Positions 15,635 through 24,368 of a DNA stretch of 64,000 nt are shown in pieces. The notes beneath the pieces are model-generated. The model saw nothing but the letters and a program-made list of their open reading frames with translations, was not told the origin of the DNA and ran no database searches. This stretch comes from Nisaea sp. (GTDB lineage Bacteria; Pseudomonadota; Alphaproteobacteria; Thalassobaculales; Thalassobaculaceae), in the NCBI RefSeq assembly GCF_017640745.1, contig NZ_JAEPQA010000005.1, positions 25,087 through 89,086 of the forward strand, read 5' to 3'. A program made the position numbers and the translations under genes. The first letter of the stretch is position 1. Every line of letters begins with the position of its first letter.

Positions 15635-16669
15635 CTACATCTTCCGCAGTTTCTGTTTGATCTTAACTGCAATATGGCCGTTGCGCTGCCCCATTCCCCC
15701 GACGAAGAGCGGAACGTCGCCGCAGCGCATGTCGATCGTCGATTTCGGGCTGGCGTTCAGCAGCAGCCTGGTGCCCGGCTTCCAGTTGAGCACGTCGTTC
15801 AGGGAAAGCACGACCTGATCGAGCACGGCCTCGAGCTCGATATCCGTCGCCCAGAGTTCGTTCGCAAGGTGGGTTTCCCAGATCGAGTCGCGACCGAACT
15901 TCTCGCCCATGAACATCTGCAGCAGCAGTTCGCGCACAGGTTCGAGGGTCGCATAGGGCAGCATCAGTTCGAGCCGGCCGCCCCGGTCTTCCATGTCGAT
16001 CCTGAGACGCGCCAGAACGGCCGCGTTCGCCGGACGCGCGATGGTCGCGAAGCGCGGGTTGGTCTCGAGACGGTCGAAGCGGAAGGTGACGGGGCTCAGC
16101 GGATCGAAGGCGGCCGATAGATCGCTGAGCACAACGGTCACCATGCGCTCGACAAGATTGCGTTCGATGGTCGTGTAAGGCCGGCCTTCAATACGCATCG
16201 CCGCAGTACCGCGGCGGCCGCCGAGCAGCACGTCGACGATGGAATAGATCAGAGCCGAGTCGACGACCAGAAGGCCGTAATTGTCCCATTCCTCCGCCTT
16301 GAACACGCTCAGCATCGCCGGCAGCGGAATCGAGTTCAGGTAATCGCCGAAACGGATCGAGGTGATGTTGTCGAGCGAGACCTCGACGTTGTCGGAGGTG
16401 AAGTTGCGCAGGCTGGTCGACATCATGCGCACGAGGCGGTCGAACACGACCTCGAGCATAGGCAGACGTTCGTAGGAGACCAGAGCCGAGTTGACGATCG
16501 CCTGGATGCCGGAGGTGTCGCCGTCTCCGCCGGCGCCCTCGTCGAAGCCGAGAAGGGAGTCGATTTCGTCCTGGTTTAGGACCCGGGCACCTGTACCGCC
16601 TCCGCCGACTTCGTCGTCGTCGTCATCGGACATTGCCTCCCATTCGGCAGCAAGATCGTCATCGGCCAT
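15635..16669 (-). CDS. fliM: Flagellar motor switch protein FliM
   Basis: The N-terminal CheY-P binding peptide LNQDEIDSLLGF resembles E. coli LSQAEIDALL. The FliM middle domain and a C-terminal SpoA-like domain are present. Size is 344 aa. Confidence 0.93.
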   Translation of the reverse strand: MADDDLAAEWEAMSDDDDDEVGGGGTGARVLNQDEIDSLLGFDEGAGGDGDTSGIQAIVNSALVSYERLPMLEVVFDRLVRMMSTSLRNFTSDNVEVSLDNITSIRFGDYLNSIPLPAMLSVFKAEEWDNYGLLVVDSALIYSIVDVLLGGRRGTAAMRIEGRPYTTIERNLVERMVTVVLSDLSAAFDPLSPVTFRFDRLETNPRFATIARPANAAVLARLRIDMEDRGGRLELMLPYATLEPVRELLLQMFMGEKFGRDSIWETHLANELWATDIELEAVLDQVVLSLNDVLNWKPGTRLLLNASPKSTIDMRCGDVPLFVGGMGQRNGHIAVKIKQKLRKM

Positions 16670-16678
16670 GCGAATACC

Positions 16679-17215
16679 TCACTGAACCAGCATTTCCTTG
16701 AACAGTACGTCCTTCACCCGCGCAGGACGCACCGCCAGGTTCACGCGCCTGAGCAATTCCTCCCGGAGCCGGTACATACCGGCAGACCCTTGCAGATCGT
16801 CGACCCGAAGCTCGCGCAAATATACCTGAAAATTGTCGACGATACGCGGCAGGTTCTCGTTCACCACATCGACATCCGCCGGATTGCTGACCTCGAGCGC
16901 GATCTTGATCTTCAGGAACGCCGTCTTGCGCCCGCTCGTATTGAGATTGACGATCAGGTCCGGCACTTCGAAGAAAATCGCCTGGGCGGACGGCTGCGGA
17001 GCCTCGGGCGGCGGCACATTGCCGTCTGCGGCCTGCTCCGGCGGAGGTTCGTCCCCGCCCAGCATGCCGAGCATGAGCGCTCCGCCGGCACCTGCGCCAA
17101 TCAGCAGCAGCAGAGGCAAGAGGACGAACAGAATGATCTTTTTCGGGCTTAGCTTCCTACTGCCGCCTTCTTCTTCGCCACCGCCATCCTCGACGACTTC
17201 GCCTTCTTCGGCCAT
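16679..17215 (-). CDS. fliL: Flagellar basal body-associated protein FliL
   Basis: Single TM helix followed by the periplasmic FliL pattern FFEVPDLIVNLNTSGRKTAFLKIKIALEV. It lies upstream of fliM. Confidence 0.87.
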   Translation of the reverse strand: MAEEGEVVEDGGGEEEGGSRKLSPKKIILFVLLPLLLLIGAGAGGALMLGMLGGDEPPPEQAADGNVPPPEAPQPSAQAIFFEVPDLIVNLNTSGRKTAFLKIKIALEVSNPADVDVVNENLPRIVDNFQVYLRELRVDDLQGSAGMYRLREELLRRVNLAVRPARVKDVLFKEMLVQ

Positions 17216-17315
17216 GCAATCCGTCCCAGATCAAAACTTTCGATACAGCGACATTGCGGCTGTATTTTGACAATGGGTATCCGCCACAGATTTCCCACGC
17301 CAGCTTGCCACAGTA

Positions 17316-17330
17316 GCAAGGCAAGGGCCA
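17316..17330 (-). promoter_or_regulatory. Sigma54 promoter upstream of fliL (TGGCCCTTGCCTTGC)
   Basis: The minus strand reads TGGCCC-TTGCC-TTGC with GG-N10-GC spacing. It lies 101 nt upstream of the fliL ATG. Confidence 0.65.
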
Positions 17331-17443
17331 AAGCCGCGGACCTCATATAGAAGTAAACCACAAGATGCGTCATTTCTCCATATTTTTCATTAACTTCGCC
17401 AAATGAGCGAACCTAGTCTCTAAAGACATGCGCAGGTGAAGCA

Positions 17444-17485
17444 CCCGGCAAGCACCGACGTTGCGCGATGCCAGGCGCCCGGCAA
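17444..17485. promoter_or_regulatory. Two direct CCCGGCAA motifs (candidate FlbD/enhancer sites) between divergent sigma54 promoters
   Basis: CCCGGCAA occurs at 17444-17451 and 17478-17485. The second copy extends to the partial dyad CCCGGCA-ATTCC-TGCC. Both lie about 90-130 bp from each flanking sigma54 promoter. Confidence 0.35.
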
Positions 17486-17545
17486 TTCCTGCCAACCGGA
17501 ACGGACTTGCCGTCGACGGCACGGATTTCTCCACGACGAAAAAAC

Positions 17546-17558
17546 TAACTCATTGAAT
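17546..17558 (-). promoter_or_regulatory. IHF-like site (ATTCAATGAGTTA; one mismatch to WATCAANNNNTTR)
   Basis: An AT-rich patch between the CCCGGCAA motifs and the flgF sigma54 promoter. This is weak, single-site evidence. Confidence 0.25.
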
Positions 17559-17575
17559 TAACGAGATTTCTAAGT

Positions 17576-17590
17576 TGGCACGAATTCTGC
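17576..17590 (+). promoter_or_regulatory. Sigma54 promoter upstream of flgF (TGGCACGAATTCTGC)
   Basis: Reads TGGCAC-GAATT-CTGC with GG-N10-GC spacing. It lies 61 nt upstream of the flgF ATG. Confidence 0.65.
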
Positions 17591-17650
17591 TTTTACCGGG
17601 GCAACGGCCGTAGAACGCGGCGATTTGGAAATTGGTTAGGAAAAATCGTC

Positions 17651-18376
17651 ATGGAAAACGCGATCTATATCGGGCTCTCCCGACAGTCCGCTCTGAGGCG
17701 CGAACTGGCTCTGGTGGCCAACAATATCGCGAACACGAGCACCGCTGCCTTCAAGCGGGAAATCGCGCTCTACTCGCCGTACGAGACCGACACCAAGATG
17801 GAAGAGAAGCTCGACTTCGTGATCGATCACGGCACGATCGTGATTCACCAGCCGGGCACCCTGCAGCCGACCCAGAACACGTTCGACATTGCGATCGAAG
17901 GGCCGGGCTTTTTCGTGGTCGATAACGGCAGACAACCGCTCTACACGCGGAACGGCAACTTCAAGCTCGACCCGGACAATCAGCTGATCACCGGCAACGG
18001 CGACCTGGTCATGGATGAGGGCGACAACCCGATCTTCATCCCGCAGGACGGCCGCAAGATCGAGATCTCTCCGGACGGCACGATCAGCGCCGGCCCCGAG
18101 GTTCTGGGCCGGCTCAAGGTCGTCGAGTTCGAGGATCTCGCCCGCATGCAGAAGCGTGGCGGCAGCCTCTTCGATACCACTGAGGACCCGAAGCCGGCCG
18201 AGCGATCGGAGCTGATGCAGGGTCACCTCGAAACCTCGAACGTTTCCGCGATCAGCGAACTGACCCGCCTGATCGACATCCAGCGCTCCTATGAGGGCGT
18301 GAAGAACATGCTGGACCAGGAGGCCGAGCGCCTTCGCAGCTCTGTCCGCAAACTCGGCTCGCCTCAGGCGGTCTAA
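17651..18376 (+). CDS. flgF: Flagellar rod protein FlgF
   Basis: N-terminus MENAIYIGLSRQSALRRELALVANNIANTSTAAFKRE and C-terminus GHLETSNVSAISELTRLIDIQRSYE are both typical. It precedes flgG. Confidence 0.9.
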   Translation: MENAIYIGLSRQSALRRELALVANNIANTSTAAFKREIALYSPYETDTKMEEKLDFVIDHGTIVIHQPGTLQPTQNTFDIAIEGPGFFVVDNGRQPLYTRNGNFKLDPDNQLITGNGDLVMDEGDNPIFIPQDGRKIEISPDGTISAGPEVLGRLKVVEFEDLARMQKRGGSLFDTTEDPKPAERSELMQGHLETSNVSAISELTRLIDIQRSYEGVKNMLDQEAERLRSSVRKLGSPQAV

Positions 18377-18400
18377 CCTGTTGGAAGAAGGAATTTAATC

Positions 18401-19186
18401 ATGCAGTCCCTCAATATCGCCTCCACCGGCATGCTGGCACAGCAGACCAACGTCGAGGTCATCTCCAACAACATCGCCAACATGAACACCACCGCATTCA
18501 AGCGGCACCGGGCCCAGTTCCAGGACCTGCTTTACCAAGATCTGCGGCGCGTGGGCTCGAACTCCTCCGACGCGGGCACCATCGTGCCGTCGGGCATCCA
18601 GCTCGGTGTCGGTGTGCGCACCGCGGCAACCTACCGGGTCAACGAACAGGGCTCCCTGATCCTGACCGACAACCAGTTCGACCTCGCGATCCGCGGCAAC
18701 GGATATTTCCAGGTCCTTCTGCCGGACGGCGAGACGGCCTACACCCGTGACGGTTCCTTTCAGGTCAGCCAGACCGGCGAACTGGTGACCGCAGACGGCT
18801 ACACCGTGCAGCCTGGCATTACCATCCCCTCCGAAGCGGTCGGCGTGACGATCAACGAATCCGGCCAGGTGCTGGTGAAACTCGACGGCCAGACGGCGGA
18901 ATCCAATGTCGGCCAGATCCAGCTCGCGATCTTCCAGAACGATGCCGGCCTCGAACATGCCGGTAACAACCTGCTGCTGGAAACCGAGGCATCGGGCGCG
19001 CCGAGCACGGCCAACCCGACCACAGACGGGTTCGGCGGTCTGTTCCAGGGGTATATCGAATCCTCGAACGTCGATCCGGTGCAGGAAATCACCGACCTGA
19101 TCACGGCGCAGCGCGCCTACGAACTGAACTCGAAGGTCATCGAGACCTCCGACCAGATGATGGCCACGGTCAACCAGGTCCGCTAA
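18401..19186 (+). CDS. flgG: Flagellar distal rod protein FlgG
   Basis: N-terminus MQSLNIASTGMLAQQTNVEVISNNIANMNTTAFKRHRAQFQDLLYQ and C-terminus GYIESSNVDPVQEITDLITAQRAYELNSKVI are both typical. Size is 261 aa. Confidence 0.95.
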   Translation: MQSLNIASTGMLAQQTNVEVISNNIANMNTTAFKRHRAQFQDLLYQDLRRVGSNSSDAGTIVPSGIQLGVGVRTAATYRVNEQGSLILTDNQFDLAIRGNGYFQVLLPDGETAYTRDGSFQVSQTGELVTADGYTVQPGITIPSEAVGVTINESGQVLVKLDGQTAESNVGQIQLAIFQNDAGLEHAGNNLLLETEASGAPSTANPTTDGFGGLFQGYIESSNVDPVQEITDLITAQRAYELNSKVIETSDQMMATVNQVR

Positions 19187-19221
19187 CGCGGGCCTGAGGC
19201 CCCCAACAAGGGAGTAGTGAC

Positions 19222-20211
19222 ATGACTGGCAAAATGCTGAAGCCCCTGAAAACCCTCTCGGCCGGATTGCTGCTCGCGATTTCGGTAAGTCTGCCGCAGC
19301 TCGCCACGGCCGCCGGGAACGCCACGGGACAGACGGTTTTCGCCAACGACACCGTCACGCTCCGGAGCGACGCCCTGATGCTGAGCGATCTGTTTTCCGG
19401 CCTCCCGGCCGAAAAGGACGCCCGCATCGGCGACGCTCCTCTCCCGGGCGAGGACCTCGTGGTTCGTGCCGGCACGCTGCAACATCTCGCGGAAGCGCAC
19501 GGCATCGACTGGAGCCCCAGCAGCGGCCGCGTGAGGGTCATCGTCGAGCGCGAAGGCCGGGCCGTTCCCCTGCAGATGGTCCGCCTTGCCATCGAGGAGC
19601 GGCTTACGGAGGACTATATTGCCGACCGGGTCGAGGTCGACATCACCAACCGCCGCCTCACCATGATGGTGCCGAGCGATATGGACCCGGAGGTTAAGGT
19701 CGAGACCCTTGACTACAACAGCCGGAGCCAGCGTTTCGCCGCCCTGATTTCGGTTCCCATCGGGAACGACAAGTCGCTCCGGGCCAGGATCCAGGGCGAA
19801 GTGCATGCCGTCATAGAAGTGCCGGTGCTGAACCGTCATGCCGGTCCGGGCGAAACGATCCGCGAAAGCGACATCGTCTGGACGGCGATGCAGGCCCGCC
19901 GATCCAACCACAATACGGTGACGTCTCCCGACCAGATCGTGGGCATGAGCGTCCGCCGGCCGATCAGCGCCGGCAGCGTGATCCGCCGCACCGACGTCAC
20001 GCCGATCCAACTGGTCCGCAAAGGCGATCTGGTGACGATGGTGTTCCAGACCTCGCTGATGACGCTGACCCTTCGCGGACAGGCTCTTGAGGACGGCGCC
20101 CGTCGGGACTCCATCCGGGTGAAGAACCTCGGCACCGGGAAGATCGTCGTCGGCTCCGTGACCGATGCCGGCATCATCTCTGTCGCCGGTCCGCGAATTG
20201 CAATGAACTAG
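19222..20211 (+). CDS. flgA: P-ring assembly chaperone FlgA (long form)
   Basis: A signal peptide is present. The C-terminal FlgA/SAF pattern reads LVRKGDLVTMVFQTSLMTLTLRGQALEDGARRDSIRVKNLGTGKIVVGSVTDAGIISV. Gene order is flgG-flgA-flgH. Confidence 0.75.
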   Translation: MTGKMLKPLKTLSAGLLLAISVSLPQLATAAGNATGQTVFANDTVTLRSDALMLSDLFSGLPAEKDARIGDAPLPGEDLVVRAGTLQHLAEAHGIDWSPSSGRVRVIVEREGRAVPLQMVRLAIEERLTEDYIADRVEVDITNRRLTMMVPSDMDPEVKVETLDYNSRSQRFAALISVPIGNDKSLRARIQGEVHAVIEVPVLNRHAGPGETIRESDIVWTAMQARRSNHNTVTSPDQIVGMSVRRPISAGSVIRRTDVTPIQLVRKGDLVTMVFQTSLMTLTLRGQALEDGARRDSIRVKNLGTGKIVVGSVTDAGIISVAGPRIAMN

Positions 20212-20249
20212 GTAAGCGCCAAGAACTGGCCTTGTAAGGAAACGGCAAA

Positions 20250-21014
20250 ATGACCAAGAACTCTGTCTCCGCCCTGCTCACCCGCCTCACCGCGGTCACC
20301 CTGATCGGCATGTCCGTCAGCGCCTGCGGCGTCTTCCAGCGGCTCGCGGATATCGGCAAGACGCCGGAACTCTCGGCGATCCAGAATCCGACGCAGGCGG
20401 ACAATTACCGCCCGGTCTCGATGCCGATGCCGACCCCGGTCACCGCCAGCCGGCAGGCCAACTCGCTCTGGGTCGAGGGCTCCCGCGCCTTCTTCGAGGA
20501 TCAGCGCGCCAGCCAGGTCGGCGACATCATCACCGTCGTCGTCGAAATCTCGGATCAGGCCGCGATCGACAACCGGACGCGGCACGACCGGACCAACACC
20601 AACAGCATGGGGATCTCCGGCCTGTTCGGCTACGAGGATCTGCTGAGGGATGTCCTGCCCGAGGGCGCTGACGCCGGCTCGCTCGTCGGCACGGCCTCCG
20701 GGCTTGCGAATGACGGCCGCGGCCGTATCGACCGGAACGAAACCATCAACCTGCGCCTGGCCGCCGTGGTCACGCAGCAGCTGCCGAACGGCAACATGGT
20801 TCTGTTCGGCCGTCAGGAAGTCCGGGTAAATCTCGAAGTCCGCGAAATCGTTGTCGGCGGCGTCATCCGCCCGGAAGACATCAACTCGGACAACACGGTC
20901 AGCTACGATGAGATGGCCGAAGCCCGTATCGCTTATGGCGGACGCGGCCAGATCTCGGATCTGCAGCAGCAGCGCTACGGCTCCCAGGCTCTCGAGATCC
21001 TGATGCCCTTCTGA
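20250..21014 (+). CDS. flgH: Flagellar L-ring lipoprotein FlgH
   Basis: Lipobox LIGMSVSAC, then the conserved core DQRASQVGDIITVVVEISDQAAIDN and NGNMVLFGRQEVRVNLEVREIVVGGVIRPEDI. Confidence 0.92.
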   Translation: MTKNSVSALLTRLTAVTLIGMSVSACGVFQRLADIGKTPELSAIQNPTQADNYRPVSMPMPTPVTASRQANSLWVEGSRAFFEDQRASQVGDIITVVVEISDQAAIDNRTRHDRTNTNSMGISGLFGYEDLLRDVLPEGADAGSLVGTASGLANDGRGRIDRNETINLRLAAVVTQQLPNGNMVLFGRQEVRVNLEVREIVVGGVIRPEDINSDNTVSYDEMAEARIAYGGRGQISDLQQQRYGSQALEILMPF

Positions 21015-21081
21015 TCGGACGGCGGGGGCGAGACGGCAAGAATTGCCTCCCTCCCCCAATCATAAACAGCCAAAAAGAATT

Positions 21082-21114
21082 GGGCCGTTCCCTCGGGAAC
21101 GGCCCTTATTCTTT
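21082..21114. terminator. Bidirectional Rho-independent terminator between flgH and dksA
   Basis: The hairpin is GGGCCGTTCC-ctcg-GGAACGGCCC, a 10-bp perfect stem. It is followed by TTATTCTTT and preceded by AAAAAGAATT. Confidence 0.7.
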
Positions 21115-21135
21115 CTGCGGGGGACGATTCGGTTT

Positions 21136-21552
21136 CTAATCGTCCCGATGCGTCCGTTCGAGACGTTCATGGCGTTCCTGAGCTTCAAGGCTCAGGGTCG
21201 CGATCGGGCGGGCTTCCAACCGCCGGAGGCCGATAGGCTCTTCGGTCTCCTCGCAGTAGCCATAGCTTCCGTCCTCGATACGCTGCAGGGCTGAATCGAT
21301 CTTGCTGATCAGCTTGCGCTCGCGATCGCGGGTCCGAAGTTCGATCTGATGATCCGTCTCCAGAGACGCCCGGTCGGCCATGTCCGGTTTCTGCAGATTT
21401 TCCTGCGTCAGATGGCTAAGCGTTTCGTTTGCTTCCTGGAGCAACTCGGCGCGCCACCTCAGCAGCTTTTGCCGGAAATATTCCTGCTGCTTGGGGTTCA
21501 TAAACTCTTCGTCTTCCGACGGCTTGTAGTCCGGCGGCAACGTGACGCTCAT
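21136..21552 (-). CDS. dksA: RNA polymerase-binding regulator DksA (single-Cys, non-zinc-finger variant)
   Basis: The sequence ELRTRDRERKLISKIDSALQRIEDGSYGYCEETEEPIGLRRLEARPIATLSLEAQ is colinear with E. coli DksA. Three of the four zinc Cys are replaced. The ATG at 21552 has GGAGGA 5 nt upstream, so I prefer it to the TTG at 21570. Confidence 0.85.
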   Translation of the reverse strand: MSVTLPPDYKPSEDEEFMNPKQQEYFRQKLLRWRAELLQEANETLSHLTQENLQKPDMADRASLETDHQIELRTRDRERKLISKIDSALQRIEDGSYGYCEETEEPIGLRRLEARPIATLSLEAQERHERLERTHRDD

Positions 21553-21613
21553 CCCGGTCCTCCACCACAAAGGCCAATCAAAGGCAAGATTTCTGCCCTT
21601 TTGGAGCGGCCGG

Positions 21614-21643
21614 AGTATAGGTCCGCGTCCTATCAGGTTTCAA
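21614..21643 (-). promoter_or_regulatory. Sigma70-type promoter candidate for dksA (TTGAAA-N18-TATACT)
   Basis: The minus strand reads cTTGAAAcctgataggacgcggaccTATACTccgg, about 60 nt upstream of the dksA ATG. Confidence 0.4.
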
Positions 21644-21727
21644 GCTTCTGTTTGCCTTTGAGGGCGGTCCCGGAAAAACAAATAACTTATTGAAAATAAT
21701 ATAAAAATTCGATCCGGCGCAAAATCT

Positions 21728-22150
21728 CTATAAAAAAGTCCCCAGTTTGGCGAGTTCGACACGCGCCCTGAGTTCGATTTCATCCAGGATTTCGCCGAGC
21801 CGCGGATCGGTGAAGGTGCGTTCTTTGGTCTGCTTTATGGTCTGCGCCAGCCCGCGCAATTCCGACTCGGGGATCGCCCCCAGAAGCAACCCGTCCCTGA
21901 GCCGTTCGAGGCGCGCAAGAAGATCCTCGCCCTGGGCCTGCCCCTGCTTGGCGCCACGCCGGCCGTCGGCATCCGCCTCCTGAACGGCGAGCAAGCCGCC
22001 AACGGAGGTCGCCGCCCGGGTTCCCTGGGCCGACCTGCTTTCCTGGGTCTCCTCAAGAAGACCAGAAAACTGGGTTCCGCTGGTGCTTCCCGACTTCGAC
22101 GTCTTACGTGTCGACGGGGTATTCACGCGGCGTGATGGATCTACTTTCAT
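21728..22150 (-). CDS. fliX: Flagellar regulator FliX (FlbD partner)
   Basis: 140 aa with a basic Ser/Thr-rich N-terminus. The C-terminus LGEILDEIELRARVELAKLG matches my recollection of Caulobacter FliX (..LDEIETRAAVELAK..). It is divergently transcribed from flgI, as fliX-flgI is in Caulobacter. Confidence 0.68.
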   Translation of the reverse strand: MKVDPSRRVNTPSTRKTSKSGSTSGTQFSGLLEETQESRSAQGTRAATSVGGLLAVQEADADGRRGAKQGQAQGEDLLARLERLRDGLLLGAIPESELRGLAQTIKQTKERTFTDPRLGEILDEIELRARVELAKLGTFL

Positions 22151-22257
22151 TCCAGAACCCTACGCTGTTCCGTACAGATATTCTACCGTCCGAGATCCCG
22201 CATAGCCAGCATCGCCATGGGACTGCCGGACAATTGGTCTCTCGGAGCCCCGGAAGT

Positions 22258-22272
22258 TGGCACGATCCTCGC
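22258..22272 (+). promoter_or_regulatory. Sigma54 promoter upstream of flgI (TGGCACGATCCTCGC)
   Basis: Reads TGGCAC-GATCC-TCGC with GG-N10-GC spacing. It lies 63 nt upstream of the flgI ATG. Confidence 0.6.
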
Positions 22273-22334
22273 ATATGGTCTGGCCAATAGGAGTCCGAGA
22301 AACGGCTCAGCTCTAGCAAGAGGAACCGGAACCG

Positions 22335-23489
22335 ATGTGGCCGCAGAAAAACAAGGTGCACCGCTCCATCTCCCCGAAACGGATGGCTCTCAGCCTGTTT
22401 GCGGCAGTTTTGCTGCTTCTGAGCGCCCCCGGCGACGCGCTCAGCCAGACCAGAATCAAGGATATCGTCGATTTCGAGGGTGTCCGTGAAAACATGCTGG
22501 TCGGCTATGGCCTTGTGGTCGGCCTGAACGGCACCGGCGACGATCTCGGCAGTGCAATTTTTACCCGTGAAAGCCTCGTCGGCATGCTGGAGCGTCTCGG
22601 CGTAAATGCACGCGACAACAATCTCGACACCGACAACGTCGCCGCCGTCATGGTAACCGCGATCCTGCCCCCCTTCTCCAAACAGGGCAGCCGAATCGAC
22701 GTCTCGATTTCCGCGATCGGCGATGCAGAGGATCTTCTGGGCGGCACGCTGCTCGTTACTCCCCTGGTCGGCGCGGATGGCGAAGTCTACGCCGTCGCGC
22801 AAGGATCCGTCGCGACCGGTGCGATCTCCGCCGGCGGCGAGGGCGAAACGATCGTGCAGGGTGTACCGACAAGTGGCCGGATCGCCAATGGCGCCATCAT
22901 CGAACGCGAAATCGACTATTCGATGATGCAGATGGAAACCGTCACGATCGCCCTGAAGAACCCCGATTTCACGACTGCGCGCCGTATCTCGCAAGCGATC
23001 AACGCCTTCGTCGGCCTGCCGATCGCTCAGGCACGGGATCTTTCCTCCGTTCGGATGCTGGTTCCCGAAAACTATCGCGGCAACGCGGTTGCGCTGATCA
23101 CGGATATCGAGCAGCTGCGCGTCACACCGGACATCCCCGCAAAAGTCGTCATCAACGAGACAACCGGAATCATCGTGATGGGCGAGAATGTCCGCATCAG
23201 CACCGTCGCCATCGCCCAGGGCAACCTGACGATCCGGATCACCGAGACGCCGCAGGTCTCGCAGCCACAGCCTTTCGCGCAGACCGGCGAAACCGTCACC
23301 GTTCCGCGGACTCAGATCGAAATCGATCAGGACGAGGATAAGCAGCTGTCCGTACTGGCCCAGAGCGTCACGCTGCAGGAACTCGTCGACGGACTGAACG
23401 CCCTCGGCATCGGGCCGCGCGACCTGATCTCCATCCTGCAGGCGATCAAGGCTGCCGGCGCCCTGCAAGCTGAAATCGAAGTCCTCTAA
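22335..23489 (+). CDS. flgI: Flagellar P-ring protein FlgI
   Basis: Signal peptide, then RIKDIVDFEGVRENMLVGYGLVVGLNGTGD. The C-terminus reads LVDGLNALGIGPRDLISILQAIKAAGALQAEIEVL. Confidence 0.94.
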   Translation: MWPQKNKVHRSISPKRMALSLFAAVLLLLSAPGDALSQTRIKDIVDFEGVRENMLVGYGLVVGLNGTGDDLGSAIFTRESLVGMLERLGVNARDNNLDTDNVAAVMVTAILPPFSKQGSRIDVSISAIGDAEDLLGGTLLVTPLVGADGEVYAVAQGSVATGAISAGGEGETIVQGVPTSGRIANGAIIEREIDYSMMQMETVTIALKNPDFTTARRISQAINAFVGLPIAQARDLSSVRMLVPENYRGNAVALITDIEQLRVTPDIPAKVVINETTGIIVMGENVRISTVAIAQGNLTIRITETPQVSQPQPFAQTGETVTVPRTQIEIDQDEDKQLSVLAQSVTLQELVDGLNALGIGPRDLISILQAIKAAGALQAEIEVL

Positions 23490-23500
23490 GGAGCTGTATC

Positions 23501-23836
23501 ATGGATAGCATGGCTCTCACGGAAACCGCCTCCGCCACGACCAACCTGCGGGCGTCGCAGACCGACGCGGCCGCGAACCGGCTGAAGGCCGCCGGCAAGA
23601 ACCGCGAAGAGGTGCGCCAGGCCGCCGAGGAATTCGAGTCGATCTTTATCAGCCAGATGCTCGGCCACATGTTCAAAGGCGTCGGAAACGGCGAAATGTT
23701 CGGCGGCGGTCCGGCGGAAGACATTTATCGCGACCTGATGGTCGACGAATACGGCAAGCAGATCGCCAACACCGGCGGTATCGGGATCGCAGACACCATC
23801 GAGCGGCAACTGCTCGCGCTTCAGGAGGTGAATTGA
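23501..23836 (+). CDS. flgJ: FlgJ rod-binding domain-only protein (CheL-like; no muramidase domain)
   Basis: 111 aa. The motif AAEEFESIFISQMLGHMFKG belongs to the FlgJ N-terminal rod-binding domain. No glycoside hydrolase part is present. Confidence 0.72.
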   Translation: MDSMALTETASATTNLRASQTDAAANRLKAAGKNREEVRQAAEEFESIFISQMLGHMFKGVGNGEMFGGGPAEDIYRDLMVDEYGKQIANTGGIGIADTIERQLLALQEVN

Positions 23837-23837
23837 C

Positions 23838-24284
23838 ATGGCCGACCTATCCATCATTGACGCATTCCGCGAGAGCATGATCGGCCTGATGAAGCTGCTG
23901 AACGAGGAAACCGCGATGCTGAAAAGGCGCGAGTTCAAGACCCTCGACAAGCTTCAGGCACGAAAGCGCCAGCTATCGATCTCATTCGAAAAACATCAGA
24001 CAGAAATGCGGAGCCACCCGGAAGTCCTGGAAATGATCCCTGCCGATGAACGCACCGCGCTCCGGGAGCTCTATCAGCGTTTCCGCTGTGCCCTTTCCGA
24101 CAACATGCTGGCCCTGAGGTCCAGCCACGATGCCGCCGAACGGGTCGTGTCGCTGATTATGGATTCGGTCAGGAAGCAGCGCGGGATCACCGCGGAAGAG
24201 CCGTCTTTCGGCCGGCCGCGAACCGGATACGCTGCGTATTGCCCCGCCAGCCGCGCCGTGGCGGCGGTCAGCAAGAGTCTCTGA
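23838..24284 (+). CDS. FlgN-like helical protein (occupies the position of Caulobacter flbY)
   Basis: 148 aa and helical. The N-terminal pattern LMKLLNEETAMLKRREFKTLDKLQARKRQL resembles the FlgN family. Its start lies 2 nt after the flgJ-like stop. Confidence 0.45.
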   Translation: MADLSIIDAFRESMIGLMKLLNEETAMLKRREFKTLDKLQARKRQLSISFEKHQTEMRSHPEVLEMIPADERTALRELYQRFRCALSDNMLALRSSHDAAERVVSLIMDSVRKQRGITAEEPSFGRPRTGYAAYCPASRAVAAVSKSL

Positions 24285-24368
24285 CCTGCCCCAGCAATGA
24301 AGACGGGCCGTCAAAGCGGCCCGGTCTCGAGAGAACTCTTCTCTCGCTTGAAACGATCGCTCCGGCGA

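Noticed and set aside
22104-23468. 454-aa ORF antisense to flgI. The same applies to 40327-41352 antisense to flgE, 43872-45095 antisense to fliF, 48233-49474 antisense to flbD, 61744-63135 antisense to cheA, 20208-21059 antisense to flgH, and 247-1419 and 606-1523 within cckA
   Set aside because: All overlap genes with strong family signatures. All have Arg/Gly/Asp-rich products lacking motifs. They are GC-rich shadow ORFs.
24305-24346. Two short hairpins (GGGCCG-tcaaag-CGGCCC and CGAGAGAA-ctc-TTCTCTCG) between the convergent flgN-like and TPR genes
   Set aside because: They are plausible terminators for the convergent genes, but neither is followed by a U-tract on either strand. They are left uncalled.
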